Shown here piece after piece: positions 1-10,025 of a stretch of DNA of 64,000 nt. The stretch is taken from assembly GCF_009936135.1 (NCBI RefSeq), contig NZ_CP047901.1:60181-124180 (forward strand), written 5' to 3'. Numbering within the stretch: the stretch's first letter is position 1; every line of letters begins with the position of its first letter. A model generated the notes under the pieces. That model was given only the letters and a program-made list of their open reading frames with translations, made no database searches and was not told where the DNA came from. This DNA comes from Candidatus Chazhemtobacterium aquaticus. GTDB taxonomy: Bacteria > Patescibacteriota > Microgenomatia > UBA1400 > Chazhemtobacteraceae. The position numbers were made by a program, and so were the translations under genes.

Positions 1-122
1 TCTACTCAGAACTACACTTCGAGAAATGTTTCTTCCCAGACTTTAACTCACAAAAACTTGAATCAGCCATAAAAACCTTCAACAAAAGAAAAAGAAGGTT
101 TGGAGGTGGACATAAAGTATGA
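1..122 (+). CDS. 3' end (C-terminal ~40 aa) of a second cis-prenyltransferase (UppS-like) paralog, truncated by window start
   Basis: Translation of nt 3-119 gives YSELHFEKCFFPDFNSQKLESAIKTFNKRKRRFGGGHKV*. This parallels the C-terminus of the UppS at 1195-1893 (YAELYFEKKLFPDLTPRDIDKAIREYSTRNRRFGRS*). Stop TGA 120-122 overlaps the next ATG 119-121. Confidence 0.5.
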   Translation, partial: YSELHFEKCFFPDFNSQKLESAIKTFNKRKRRFGGGHKV

Positions 123-1198
123 ACATCTCACAAAAAATTTTACATCACAGGGACACCTTCAATCCCCGCTTCAAGGAGTATTTTGAAAATCTAAATAATC
201 GGTTATCCTTCCCTAATAAATCTATCTATCCCAAAATCTGCGTTGATTTAATTAAAGATCTTTCGTTAGTTGGAGGAAAAAGACAAAGGGTAGCCTATTT
301 ATATGAAGCCTTTAGTCTGGGTCAAGGCACAAAGATTACCTCATCAACTGAAAAACATCTAACTGCATGCGCCATAAGTATCGAGCTGTTGCAAACCCAT
401 TTACTTATTCATGATGACATCATCGACAACTCTCCCATCAGAAGAGGTAGTCCAACAACCTTACAACATCTAATCAAAAAGACAAAGTTAGATAATAACA
501 TCCCGTTAGGTATGGCTATCATGGCTGGAGATATTGCGGCATATCTTGCTCTCGATGTACTTCATAGCTGCAACCTACCTCCAAAATTACTTTCCAAAAT
601 CGTCAACATACAAACAACTGCCGGAATCGATACCTTTCTTGGCCAAATATTCGATTTGGAACGAGATATGCCCAACACGCTCTTTAACGAGGATAGCATA
701 ATCGAGCTTGCTGACTTCAAAGCGTCAAGATCGTCCACACTAGCCCCTATGCTAATTGGAATCTCGCTTTCAAGCCAAGACACAACTAACAACATAAATA
801 TAATCAGAAAATACGCCACAAGCGTTGGAATAGCAGGACAACTACAAGACGATTATCTTGGCATGTTCGGTGACCCCGAAAAAACCGGAAAATCAAATAT
901 CTCTGACCTTAAAGAGGGAAAAAGGACTCTCTTAATTACAAAAACATTAGAAACATGCAACAACCAAGAAAAAAAGATTATTAGCCAAGTACTAGGCAAC
1001 CCAACAATCAACCACAAACAAGCAAATATGGTAAAAGAAATTATCAAGAAATACCATGTCGACATTTTATTAAAGAAAACCGCACAAAAATATGCGCAAT
1101 TAGCATACAGTGAAGCTAAAAGTTGGTCTCACTGGAATAAAGAAGCAGTAGATTTCTTCGCTGAATCAGCTAAGTGGTTTATAAATAGAACGGTATGA
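119..1198 (+). CDS. trans-polyprenyl diphosphate synthase (polyprenyl synthetase family)
   Basis: First Asp-rich motif LLIHDDIIDNSPIRRG and second Asp-rich motif GQLQDDYLGMFGD. SD-like GGAGGTGG upstream. ATGA-coupled to the upstream gene fragment. Confidence 0.85.
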   Translation: MNISQKILHHRDTFNPRFKEYFENLNNRLSFPNKSIYPKICVDLIKDLSLVGGKRQRVAYLYEAFSLGQGTKITSSTEKHLTACAISIELLQTHLLIHDDIIDNSPIRRGSPTTLQHLIKKTKLDNNIPLGMAIMAGDIAAYLALDVLHSCNLPPKLLSKIVNIQTTAGIDTFLGQIFDLERDMPNTLFNEDSIIELADFKASRSSTLAPMLIGISLSSQDTTNNINIIRKYATSVGIAGQLQDDYLGMFGDPEKTGKSNISDLKEGKRTLLITKTLETCNNQEKKIISQVLGNPTINHKQANMVKEIIKKYHVDILLKKTAQKYAQLAYSEAKSWSHWNKEAVDFFAESAKWFINRTV

Positions 1199-1893
1199 AA
1201 AACCTAAACACCCAACAACTTAATCACATCGCTATCATCGTAGACGGAAATAGAAGGTGGGCTAAAAGTCGTAACTTGCCCACCTTCAAAGGACACAAAA
1301 AAGGCTTCTCCAATACTATAAAGATAGCGAATCATATACATTCTAGAGGCATCCACACAGTAACATTTTGGTTATTTTCAACAGAAAACTGGAACCGATC
1401 ACAGGAAGAGGTGACATATTTAATGGACTTATACCCAAGTGTTATAGAAAACCATCTAAAAAACTCCCTAAAACACAAAACTAAAATCATCCACTTAGGA
1501 AGAAAGGATAGACTCTCACAAAAAATAATTAATTGCATTAACAAAGCAGAAAAAAATACAGAAAAATTTAAGGATAGAGTCACGTGTATTGCGCTAGATT
1601 ATGGTGGCAAAGATGAAATATCTCGAGCAAGCAAGCTCGTTCAAACAAAAAAACAAGATATGAATCCCGAAAACATTGAGGCCCATCTCGACACCTCAGT
1701 TTTAAAACACCCAAACCCCGACTTAATTTATAGGACCTCGGGAGAACTCAGACTTTCAGGATTTATGACCTGGCAATCAGCATATGCAGAACTATATTTC
1801 GAAAAAAAGCTTTTTCCTGATCTAACCCCTAGAGATATTGACAAAGCTATACGAGAATATTCAACGCGTAACCGACGCTTTGGTCGCTCTTAA
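1195..1893 (+). CDS. uppS: undecaprenyl diphosphate synthase (cis-prenyltransferase)
   Basis: HIAIIVDGNRRWAK, FSTENWNRS, RTSGELRLSGFMTWQSAYAELYF. Start overlaps the preceding stop by 4 nt. Confidence 0.9.
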   Translation: MKNLNTQQLNHIAIIVDGNRRWAKSRNLPTFKGHKKGFSNTIKIANHIHSRGIHTVTFWLFSTENWNRSQEEVTYLMDLYPSVIENHLKNSLKHKTKIIHLGRKDRLSQKIINCINKAEKNTEKFKDRVTCIALDYGGKDEISRASKLVQTKKQDMNPENIEAHLDTSVLKHPNPDLIYRTSGELRLSGFMTWQSAYAELYFEKKLFPDLTPRDIDKAIREYSTRNRRFGRS

Positions 1894-1906
1894 ACAATAA
1901 GCACCT

Positions 1907-2479
1907 CTACAAACCCCAACCAATCAACACAAACAAAATTACAAAACCCCAAACCACCGTTCTCACCTCAGGCTCGCTAAGCTCTCTCCTAATCTGCCAA
2001 AACCACAACCTCACATCTCGACCCCGATCAAAATAATCTGCCAACAAATCAAAAACTAAGTGAAGCCCCATTCCCAACATAAATCCCCTACCAAATGGTG
2101 CTCCCACACTGGTTAAGGCAAATATCCCCAACACCACCCAAGCGCCTAAAAATAACACGCTTCTCATCGCCAATTTAGTCTGATCAGTCCTTTCTTCTAA
2201 AACACTCACCAACCCTTTAACCAACTCACCCCTAGCAATCAAATCCTTCATCTTAATCGACAGAGTCTCCTCTGGATGTTGCCAGAAGGCATAATATAGC
2301 CGATCCAAAAAAATAAAGGAAAAACCCAATAATGCCCCTAGCCACCACCACAACAAATACAAATCTATCTCCCACCTACCCATCAATAATCTTGCCCCAG
2401 TCAGTATTAGCAGTACTCCAAATAACACTACTTGATGCAATAACAACTTGCCTTGCCTTAACCTATCCATTAATACCAA
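1907..2479 (-). CDS. hypothetical polytopic membrane protein
   Basis: Long ORF with several hydrophobic helices. No recognisable motif. Confidence 0.35.
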   Translation of the reverse strand: MVLMDRLRQGKLLLHQVVLFGVLLILTGARLLMGRWEIDLYLLWWWLGALLGFSFIFLDRLYYAFWQHPEETLSIKMKDLIARGELVKGLVSVLEERTDQTKLAMRSVLFLGAWVVLGIFALTSVGAPFGRGFMLGMGLHLVFDLLADYFDRGRDVRLWFWQIRRELSEPEVRTVVWGFVILFVLIGWGL

Positions 2480-2519
2480 TCTATCACATCTCTGTTAAAT
2501 TAACCGCCAGACTTGAATT

Positions 2520-3419
2520 CTACAACTCCAGCTTCCGCAAGAACTCCCGAAACTCACCATTAATATCTGGATGCTTCAGTCCAAACTCCACTACTGTCTT
2601 TAAATACTGCAGCTTATTCCCAGTATCATGAAACCTCCCTCCTTTTATCTCTACCGCCAACACTCTTTTTCCATCCTCCAACATTAAGCGTAATGCATCG
2701 TTGTAATACAACTCTCCACCCTCATCCATCTGCGCCAACGCCTCGTCCAAGTAATTAAATATGTCAGGTGTAAACAAAAAACTACTTACATTACCCAAAT
2801 CAGAAGGAGACTTGTCTTTTCCCGGCTTCTCAATAATCACCTCAGCATCAATTACCCCATCCTCAATCTCTCTTCCTCCCGCAAAACCCCACCGTTTATA
2901 CTCCTCATCTTTAGTCGCCCGAACCGCCGCCAAACAACTCACTCCATACTTTTCATAAGCCGCAATCAACTGCCGAAAATCACTTGGAGTCGCCTCAATG
3001 AAATCATCGCTCCATGTATATATAAATGGCTCATCTCCAACCAAATGCCGAACATTAAGCAAGGGCGTTCCGTTTCCATATGGCCCCTTTTGCCTAACGT
3101 ATGCAAAGTTTGCTAAATTCCCAATCGCTCTCACCTCATCTAACAAGTGCTTCTTACTCTCCCCACCCATCTTCAGGTTCTTAACCAAATCACTACTCGG
3201 AGCGTCGAAATGGTCCTCAATACTTCGCTTATGAAAACCAGTCACAATAATAATGTCCTTAATTCCTGCCTCAACCAAACTCTCAACCACAATCTGAATC
3301 ACCGGCTTATCTACAATCGGCAACATTTCCTTAGGCATTGCCTTTGTTTGTGGCAAAAACCTAGTCCCAAAACCGGCCGCTGGTATCACTGCTTTACGCA
3401 CTTTTTGCGCCATGTTCAC
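2520..3419 (-). CDS. galU: UTP--glucose-1-phosphate uridylyltransferase
   Basis: N-terminal KAVIPAAGFGTRFLPQTKAMPKEMLPIVDKPVIQ nucleotidyltransferase signature. Confidence 0.9.
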   Translation of the reverse strand: MNMAQKVRKAVIPAAGFGTRFLPQTKAMPKEMLPIVDKPVIQIVVESLVEAGIKDIIIVTGFHKRSIEDHFDAPSSDLVKNLKMGGESKKHLLDEVRAIGNLANFAYVRQKGPYGNGTPLLNVRHLVGDEPFIYTWSDDFIEATPSDFRQLIAAYEKYGVSCLAAVRATKDEEYKRWGFAGGREIEDGVIDAEVIIEKPGKDKSPSDLGNVSSFLFTPDIFNYLDEALAQMDEGGELYYNDALRLMLEDGKRVLAVEIKGGRFHDTGNKLQYLKTVVEFGLKHPDINGEFREFLRKLEL

Positions 3420-3424
3420 CTAGT

Positions 3425-3718
3425 TTACCACTTCTTAACTCCACCATCCTTCTTCTTCTCCCTCAGCTGTTTCAATTTCCACATAAACAAACCTCCCTTA
3501 TTTTTTGCATTAGCACCTCTCACAAATATTCTTACCTCTTCAAGTAAAGACCTATCTTCATTCTTTGCCAATCTCATATAGATTGCTTTATGCTCCAAAT
3601 CCTCAAGCTCTAAAGCCAATCGATAAGCATAATCCTGCCACTCCCGACTTATTCTCCTCTGCTTATCCTCATCAATCTGATAACTCTTTAGTATTCTCTT
3701 TAAACTTTGCATACTCAA
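3425..3718 (-). CDS. hypothetical small charged protein
   Basis: ORF only. K/E/R-rich. Lies between galU and a membrane protein in the same orientation. Confidence 0.3.
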   Translation of the reverse strand: MSMQSLKRILKSYQIDEDKQRRISREWQDYAYRLALELEDLEHKAIYMRLAKNEDRSLLEEVRIFVRGANAKNKGGLFMWKLKQLREKKKDGGVKKW

Positions 3719-3723
3719 AAAAA

Positions 3724-4932
3724 TTATTGATTACTCTCTTTTCTCATCGGTAAGGTCATCAACCCCCCCAGAGCTCCTATTCCAAATACAATCTGCCACC
3801 CCCCCGGCCACATTAACACCACCACTCCCACAACAGCTACCAAAACTACTCCTAACGAGTAAAAAATTTCTCGATAACTTATTACCCGAACCACCCCTTT
3901 ACGTTCCGCTAAAGTGTATATATAGCCATACAAAGGCACCGACATCCAAGGCAGTGCTGCTTGGTACAATAAGTCCAGCCCAAACACTGACCAGACGCCT
4001 CTAGCCAAACCTCTCACCACCATCATTACCGCTGTTATCACATTACCCGTCACAAACAACCTCTCATCTTCATCTCCGCCAAAAGACCTCAACCAATCAA
4101 AGCTCTTGCTTGCTAAAAACACTCCCAACATTGATACACCCAACGCCGCACTTGTCACTGCTCCCAACTCTTCCAAGCTCCCAATCACAATAAAAACAAA
4201 CAATGGCCATATCCAGGCAGACACACCATCCATGATCCCCTGACCCCAAAACGACACCAAACTTTGTTTCTCATCTTTCCAAAACGAAACCAGATCACCA
4301 AAACCCACCCCATCCTCGTGTTTATGCTTTTCCATAAAATAGATTGGTATCAACGACATTACCAACACACTCACACCTACTCCAAACAAAATATCAAATC
4401 CCCACATACCAGCAATTACTCCTCCCGCAAACGGACCTAAAACCGAGCTGCCTCGGTTTATCATGTTCCGCACCCCTATCTCCTTCCCCATCCTCTCCTT
4501 GTGACCAAAATCAACATTCATTGATAACCTAGGAATCCAATACAACACTATCTCAAACCCCAAAACCACGGAAGCAGGTACTAACCACCAAACTGACCTC
4601 TCAGCCATTACTAGCAACCCATAATAAACAACACCTAAAAAACCAGCTACTGTTATGCTCCAACGAAACCCTTTCACCTCGATAAGTCTCGCCGTCACCC
4701 AAACAGCCACTATCACTGTCAACCTTGTTAATGCCAAAAAAAACATCAAAAACACCACCCCCGTCTTCCAACCACTCCCCCACTCCACTCCAATCAAATA
4801 CACATAAATTGGCACAAAAATCCCCAACAAGCCAATCGCCATTGCTCTAAAAAAAGTGTTCCAATAACTTGCCTGTAAATTAGATTCACTCCTATTCTTT
4901 CTCCTCCACCACCATCTTCTGATCATATCCAT
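3724..4932 (-). CDS. polytopic membrane protein, possibly MFS-type transporter
   Basis: About 10-12 predicted hydrophobic helices over 402 aa. No specific motif verified. Confidence 0.45.
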   Translation of the reverse strand: MDMIRRWWWRRKNRSESNLQASYWNTFFRAMAIGLLGIFVPIYVYLIGVEWGSGWKTGVVFLMFFLALTRLTVIVAVWVTARLIEVKGFRWSITVAGFLGVVYYGLLVMAERSVWWLVPASVVLGFEIVLYWIPRLSMNVDFGHKERMGKEIGVRNMINRGSSVLGPFAGGVIAGMWGFDILFGVGVSVLVMSLIPIYFMEKHKHEDGVGFGDLVSFWKDEKQSLVSFWGQGIMDGVSAWIWPLFVFIVIGSLEELGAVTSAALGVSMLGVFLASKSFDWLRSFGGDEDERLFVTGNVITAVMMVVRGLARGVWSVFGLDLLYQAALPWMSVPLYGYIYTLAERKGVVRVISYREIFYSLGVVLVAVVGVVVLMWPGGWQIVFGIGALGGLMTLPMRKESNQ

Positions 4933-4937
4933 CCACT

Positions 4938-5501
4938 TTACCTTGTTATCTCTAGCCTCTCAACCAACTCATTAGTTACTTTACCAATCACCTCCTCAAT
5001 TATAACTATCTCATTCTTCATAAACCTGTTTAGAACATACTCCTCGCCAATAATCCTCCTATCCTCCCGATTATCAACTCCAACTCTAACTCGCCAATAC
5101 TCATCACTACCCAACATCAAAGTTATGTTATTCAAGCCGTTGTGATCTTTAGGTCCTCGTCCTTTTTGAATCTTGTACTCTCCCAATCGAATGTCTAAAT
5201 CATCATGAATCACATAAATATCTTCACTCTCAACTTTATAAAAACTTGCAACCCTTTGCACCGACTCACCCGATCTATTCATATATGTTTCCGGCTTAAT
5301 CCATATCACCTCGTTCTCCCGACAAACCATAGCCTTCATCTTCTCTTCTCGCTTAAACTCACCACCCACCATTTTATCCACCACCATATAACCAACGTTA
5401 TGTCGTGTCATAAGATACTTTTCTCCCGGATTACCCAACCCAACCACCAATCTCATTGCTATAATACTGACTAGTAATACTCTGATTATAGCTTTACCCA
5501 C
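4938..5501 (-). CDS. pth: peptidyl-tRNA hydrolase
   Basis: MRLVVGLGNPGEKYLMTRHNVGYMVVD matches the Pth N-terminal signature. True start may be the internal Met at about 5456. Confidence 0.85.
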   Translation of the reverse strand: MGKAIIRVLLVSIIAMRLVVGLGNPGEKYLMTRHNVGYMVVDKMVGGEFKREEKMKAMVCRENEVIWIKPETYMNRSGESVQRVASFYKVESEDIYVIHDDLDIRLGEYKIQKGRGPKDHNGLNNITLMLGSDEYWRVRVGVDNREDRRIIGEEYVLNRFMKNEIVIIEEVIGKVTNELVERLEITR

Positions 5502-5520
5502 TCACTACTCCAAACTCTCA

Positions 5521-6414
5521 ATGATCAAACCAAAATCCAATCAACAACCAATCTTCTCAATCATTATTCCTTCGCTCAACGAAGAAACAGCCCTCCCTCG
5601 TCTTCTCGAAGATTTAACCCAACAAACTAATCAAAAGTTTGAAGTTATTCACGTCGATGGACAATCAGAAGACAATACATGCAAACTTGCCCAAAAATTT
5701 GCCTCAAAATTACCCTCATTCAAACAGATCATCTCCCCTATTCGCCACGTCAGCCATCAAAGAAACTTAGGAGCCAAAGTCGCCACTGGCACTTACCTTC
5801 TTTTCCTTGACGCCGATAGTCAAATCCCTCCCTATTTCCTCGAAGGCATTTCCTACCAAATCCACCGCCAACCAGTTGACCTCTTTACCACTTGGCTTAA
5901 AGCCGACAGTGATCGAACCGCTGATAAAGCCATTGTCACCTCAATTAATCTAAGCCTTGATATCTCCAACTCTCTCGACGCACCCTTTGCCCTTGGCACT
6001 ATTATCGGAGCCTCTCCCAAAGCTTTTAAAAAAATTGGCGGCTTCCGAGAAGATGTCAAATTTGCCGAAGATGAAGACTTCATCAGAACCGGACATAAAC
6101 TCAACCTCTCCTTCGCTATCTACCGTCATCCCAGACTAATCATGGATCTACGCCGCTTCCGCCACGAAGGCAGCCTTACAACACTTCAACAAATCGCCAC
6201 TAAAAGACTCTCAATTATTACCTCCAAGTCGCACCAAATCCTAAAACCTCGAGACTACGCTATGGGGGGGCACGTATTTAGGGATAACTCCGCAGGCAAA
6301 ACCGCCTTCATCCGCCTAGACAATGTCATTCGCCAGTTCGCCAGGAAACCAAAACTCAAACAAACCCTCAAGGATCTTATCACCTTCCAAGAACTCGAAG
6401 ATCCTAACCAATAA
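5521..6414 (+). CDS. family 2 glycosyltransferase
   Basis: N-terminal FSIIIPSLNEE and a DxD-like LFLDADS, typical of GT-A fold GT2 enzymes. Confidence 0.8.
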   Translation: MIKPKSNQQPIFSIIIPSLNEETALPRLLEDLTQQTNQKFEVIHVDGQSEDNTCKLAQKFASKLPSFKQIISPIRHVSHQRNLGAKVATGTYLLFLDADSQIPPYFLEGISYQIHRQPVDLFTTWLKADSDRTADKAIVTSINLSLDISNSLDAPFALGTIIGASPKAFKKIGGFREDVKFAEDEDFIRTGHKLNLSFAIYRHPRLIMDLRRFRHEGSLTTLQQIATKRLSIITSKSHQILKPRDYAMGGHVFRDNSAGKTAFIRLDNVIRQFARKPKLKQTLKDLITFQELEDPNQ

Positions 6415-7444
6415 TCCAACTCATCAGTCCTCTCCAAACCTCAATCCCGTAACCACTCTTTGTCAACTCCACCACCAGCAAAATTAGATAAACTAAGATC
6501 AATGCCACCCCTTCCCACCGATCCAACCTCCTCTTAGTTTTTGTCAACAACCAGAACAACCAGAAAACAATAATATATGCCAACGTGGCCACTAAATACG
6601 AATCTATTGCTTGGACTTTGATAGGTGAAACCAAGGCAGTCACCCCTATTACCAAAGTTGAGTTCGTCACCACGCTACCCAATAAACTTCCAAAAATCAA
6701 CACTGCATCCCCCTTCATAGCTGCTTTCAACCATAATACCAACTCGGGCAAACTTGAACCTACTGCTAAACCAAAAATACCTACCAGTAAGATCGGTATC
6801 CCAAAGCCTTGAGCCAAAACCAAACCCATATCTACCACCACCTCAGAAGCTGCTACCACCACCACCATCCCCACCAGCACCCAAGCCAGTGGCCTTGTCG
6901 TTTCCCGACTCCCTATCCTACGCAAAGCCGATCTAGTCATTTCTCTTACATCCCACTCAAGCACCTTTCTTGGCTTACCCTTACTTACCAACCACAAATA
7001 AACCCCATAGACCACCAGCAACAACAAACCCTCAACTCGACCCAAACTCTTGTCCATTAATAGCAATAAAGGTAGAGAACCAACCAAAAAAGTATAAACC
7101 AAGTCCTCTCGTGCATAATTACCTACAACAGCCACTGACCCCCCCACTAACACCGCGCCACCAATCACCAGCGACAAGTTAGCAATATTGCTCCCTATCA
7201 CATTTCCCAAAGACAAAGATGAAGCTCCTTCCAATGCAGAGCTTATACCTACAAATAACTCGGGCAAACTCGTCGTTACCGCCATTAAACCAACTGCTAC
7301 TCCAAACCTGCCCCACTTAGTCACTCTGATCAATTCATCCAATCCCCTTACCACAGCATCAGTTGCCTTGACTAACACTCCAACCGCCAACAACATCACC
7401 ACCACCTGCCATGCCATGCTAGATGCCAACATGCTCCCATTCAA
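6404..7444 (-). CDS. Ca2+/cation antiporter (CaCA / YrbG-like sodium-calcium exchanger family)
   Basis: Two alpha-repeat motifs: GNVIGSNIANLSLVIG and SSLPELVLWL...GSLLGSVVTNSTLVIG. About 10 TM helices. Confidence 0.85.
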   Translation of the reverse strand: MNGSMLASSMAWQVVVMLLAVGVLVKATDAVVRGLDELIRVTKWGRFGVAVGLMAVTTSLPELFVGISSALEGASSLSLGNVIGSNIANLSLVIGGAVLVGGSVAVVGNYAREDLVYTFLVGSLPLLLLMDKSLGRVEGLLLLVVYGVYLWLVSKGKPRKVLEWDVREMTRSALRRIGSRETTRPLAWVLVGMVVVVAASEVVVDMGLVLAQGFGIPILLVGIFGLAVGSSLPELVLWLKAAMKGDAVLIFGSLLGSVVTNSTLVIGVTALVSPIKVQAIDSYLVATLAYIIVFWLFWLLTKTKRRLDRWEGVALILVYLILLVVELTKSGYGIEVWRGLMSWIIG

Positions 7445-10006
7445 TCATGAGCTCCTTGAATAAGCAAACTTAACTCCCTCAACCATCGCCACCAATACCA
7501 TCGAAGCCATCACTACAATCAACCAATCCAAGATATCAAGCTCCACAGTTTGGAAAATTTCCTGTAAAAAAGGCACATAAACTACTATCACTTGAAGAAC
7601 GAATCCCATACCAACACCTAACAATAACCACGGGTTCCGCTTCCATCCCACCCTCCAAATCGGTTCCGACAAGGACCGCGAAGAAAATACATAAAACAAG
7701 CTATTTACCCCCAACATTACAAATGCCACCGTCCGAGCATGTTCCAAACTATATTCCAAAATATTGTAAACATAACCAAAAGCCATCAAGGTCATCGCCG
7801 CAGCAACAGAAGATATCATCACAATCAGTGTTACCACCTCACCATCAATTAAACTACCTGACCTACCCCTAGGGGGGTCTTTCAAGACATCACCCTCTCT
7901 GGGTTCCACCGTCAAAGCCATACTCGGAAAACCATCACTAATCAAGTTTATCCATAAAATCTGAGTCGCCAAAATCGGCAAAGGCCAACCCAATAACATT
8001 CCTCCTACTACTACCACAATTTCCGCAAACGCATCAGCCAACAAATACACAATAATTTTCTTCAAGTTATCATATACTCCCCGCCCCTCCTCAATTGCCA
8101 TCACAATCGTCTTAAAGTTACTATCAAGCAACACCACATCCGCCGTCTCTTTACTCACCTCACTCGCCTCATTAACTACGATTCCAATATCCGCCCGCTT
8201 CAACGCCGGCGCATCATTGACTCCATCCCCAGTCATCGCCACTACATTACCACGTCGTTTTAACGCTTCAACTATCCGAAGTTTTTGCTCAGGATTCGTT
8301 CTAGCAAATAATATCACTCGATCAATAACCTCATCTAACCTTGTATCTGAAATCTCCTCTAGCTCATCTCCCTCCATCACCAAGCCATCCACCTCATCAC
8401 CTAACAACTCTAGCTGTTTCAAGATTGCTACCGCCGTTTCTCGATAATCTCCAGTAATCACCTTAACTCCAATCCCCGCCCGTTTAACCTTATTCAAAAC
8501 AGATCTCACCCCCTTACGTACCGGATCCTCGTACACCAAAATTCCTATCCAATCAATATCTCCAATGTCCTCTCGCTTGATCTTCAACTTACCAGAGACT
8601 GTCTTCTGACCAAAACCTACTAACCGATAACCCTTACTTCCCATTTCCTCAAATTTACTCTTCCACGCATCTGCCTCTCTCTTACTCATCCCCTTTGCCA
8701 TAGACAGCACCACCTCCGGCGCTCCAGACACCAACAATTTTTGTTTCACGCCATCCTTATGTAAAGTCGCAATATACTTATCCCTCGAGTTAAATGGCAG
8801 ACTATATACTCGCTCATACTTCTTCTTTAACTCCTCACCACTCTTTACACCTTCACCCAACTTGCCCACTTTCGATCTAGCCCAATCACTCATCCCGTAC
8901 TCCAACGGATCCCTCATATCGTTACATAACACCGCCGTCATCACCATATCTTTCTCTTTCTTTTTACTAGGCTTACCATCTATATCAAGCACCGCTCCTG
9001 TCACTCTCATCTTCCCTTCCGTTAAGGTACCCGTCTTATCTGCACAAATCACATTCACACTTCCCAAGGTCTCCGCCGCCGTCAATCTTCTTACCACCGC
9101 CTTTTGCTTCAAAATTCGCTGCATTCCAATAGCCAAAATCACCGTTAAACTCACCACCAAACCCTCAGGAATAGAGGCGACTGCCAAGGCCACCGCTGTT
9201 GGAAAAATCTCCTCAAAACTGTCTCCCACCGCCAAACCAGCTAATAACACCAATAGTGATACCACTCCCACTAAAACAGCCAGCTGTTTTGACAATCTTT
9301 CCACCTTAATCTGCAGTGGTGTCTGTTCTGCCGGCGCATCCTTCAGTGACTTAGCTACCTTACCCACTGCTGTCTCACCTCCAATCCGAATTACAATCAT
9401 CCTACCCACACCCATTTTTACCTCAGTCCCCATAAAAGCCTTATGCTTGTTATCAACCTTATCAAAAACACTCCTAACCTCTTCCACGCTCTCACATTTC
9501 AACACTCGCCCACTCTCACAATCATACTTTTCAACTGGCGCACTCTCTCCCGTTAAAATTGCCTCATTTGTAAACAACCCTTCCTCGCCTACCAAAATTC
9601 CATCAGCCGGAACTTTATGCTCATCTGCTAAATAAACTAAGTCACCAGGCACCAATTCTCTTGCCAAAACCATCTTCCACTCTCCATCTCGATACACCTT
9701 CGCCCGCGGAGCCAACACACCTTTTAAGGCCTCCAAACTTTTTTCTGCTCTATACTCCTGAAAAAATCCTAACAAAGTATTTATCGCCACCGCAAACAAA
9801 ATCACCCCAGTATCAACATAATCCCCCAGCCAAAACGTCACCACTGACGCTAACAACAAAACATATATCAAAGGCGACTTGAGCTGTAACCAAAATATTT
9901 TTATAGCCGTCAACTTTCTCTCCTGAGCAATTACATTCTCCCCATAAACACTCCTTATTTTTTCCACCTCCTGCGTCTTTAAACCATTTCTCCAATCTCG
10001 ACCCAT
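7445..10006 (-). CDS. P-type (P2) cation-transporting ATPase, Ca2+-ATPase-like
   Basis: Phosphorylation motif ICADKTGTLT. Hinge motif MTGDGVNDAPALKRADIGIV. PEGL motif in M4 (SIPEGLVV). 853 aa. Confidence 0.9.
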   Translation of the reverse strand: MGRDWRNGLKTQEVEKIRSVYGENVIAQERKLTAIKIFWLQLKSPLIYVLLLASVVTFWLGDYVDTGVILFAVAINTLLGFFQEYRAEKSLEALKGVLAPRAKVYRDGEWKMVLARELVPGDLVYLADEHKVPADGILVGEEGLFTNEAILTGESAPVEKYDCESGRVLKCESVEEVRSVFDKVDNKHKAFMGTEVKMGVGRMIVIRIGGETAVGKVAKSLKDAPAEQTPLQIKVERLSKQLAVLVGVVSLLVLLAGLAVGDSFEEIFPTAVALAVASIPEGLVVSLTVILAIGMQRILKQKAVVRRLTAAETLGSVNVICADKTGTLTEGKMRVTGAVLDIDGKPSKKKEKDMVMTAVLCNDMRDPLEYGMSDWARSKVGKLGEGVKSGEELKKKYERVYSLPFNSRDKYIATLHKDGVKQKLLVSGAPEVVLSMAKGMSKREADAWKSKFEEMGSKGYRLVGFGQKTVSGKLKIKREDIGDIDWIGILVYEDPVRKGVRSVLNKVKRAGIGVKVITGDYRETAVAILKQLELLGDEVDGLVMEGDELEEISDTRLDEVIDRVILFARTNPEQKLRIVEALKRRGNVVAMTGDGVNDAPALKRADIGIVVNEASEVSKETADVVLLDSNFKTIVMAIEEGRGVYDNLKKIIVYLLADAFAEIVVVVGGMLLGWPLPILATQILWINLISDGFPSMALTVEPREGDVLKDPPRGRSGSLIDGEVVTLIVMISSVAAAMTLMAFGYVYNILEYSLEHARTVAFVMLGVNSLFYVFSSRSLSEPIWRVGWKRNPWLLLGVGMGFVLQVIVVYVPFLQEIFQTVELDILDWLIVVMASMVLVAMVEGVKFAYSRSS

Positions 10007-10025
10007 ACCCTACAATATACACCAC

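Noticed and set aside
8862-9635. Long plus-strand ORFs with P/T/S-rich low-complexity translations, antisense to strongly supported minus-strand genes (also 34342-34977, 35542-36084, 47945-48412, 49026-49529, 58726-59328).
   Set aside because: They overlap genes with unmistakable catalytic motifs on the other strand or frame. Their length follows from the C/A-rich, G-poor plus strand, which is depleted in stop codons. No motifs and no RBS.
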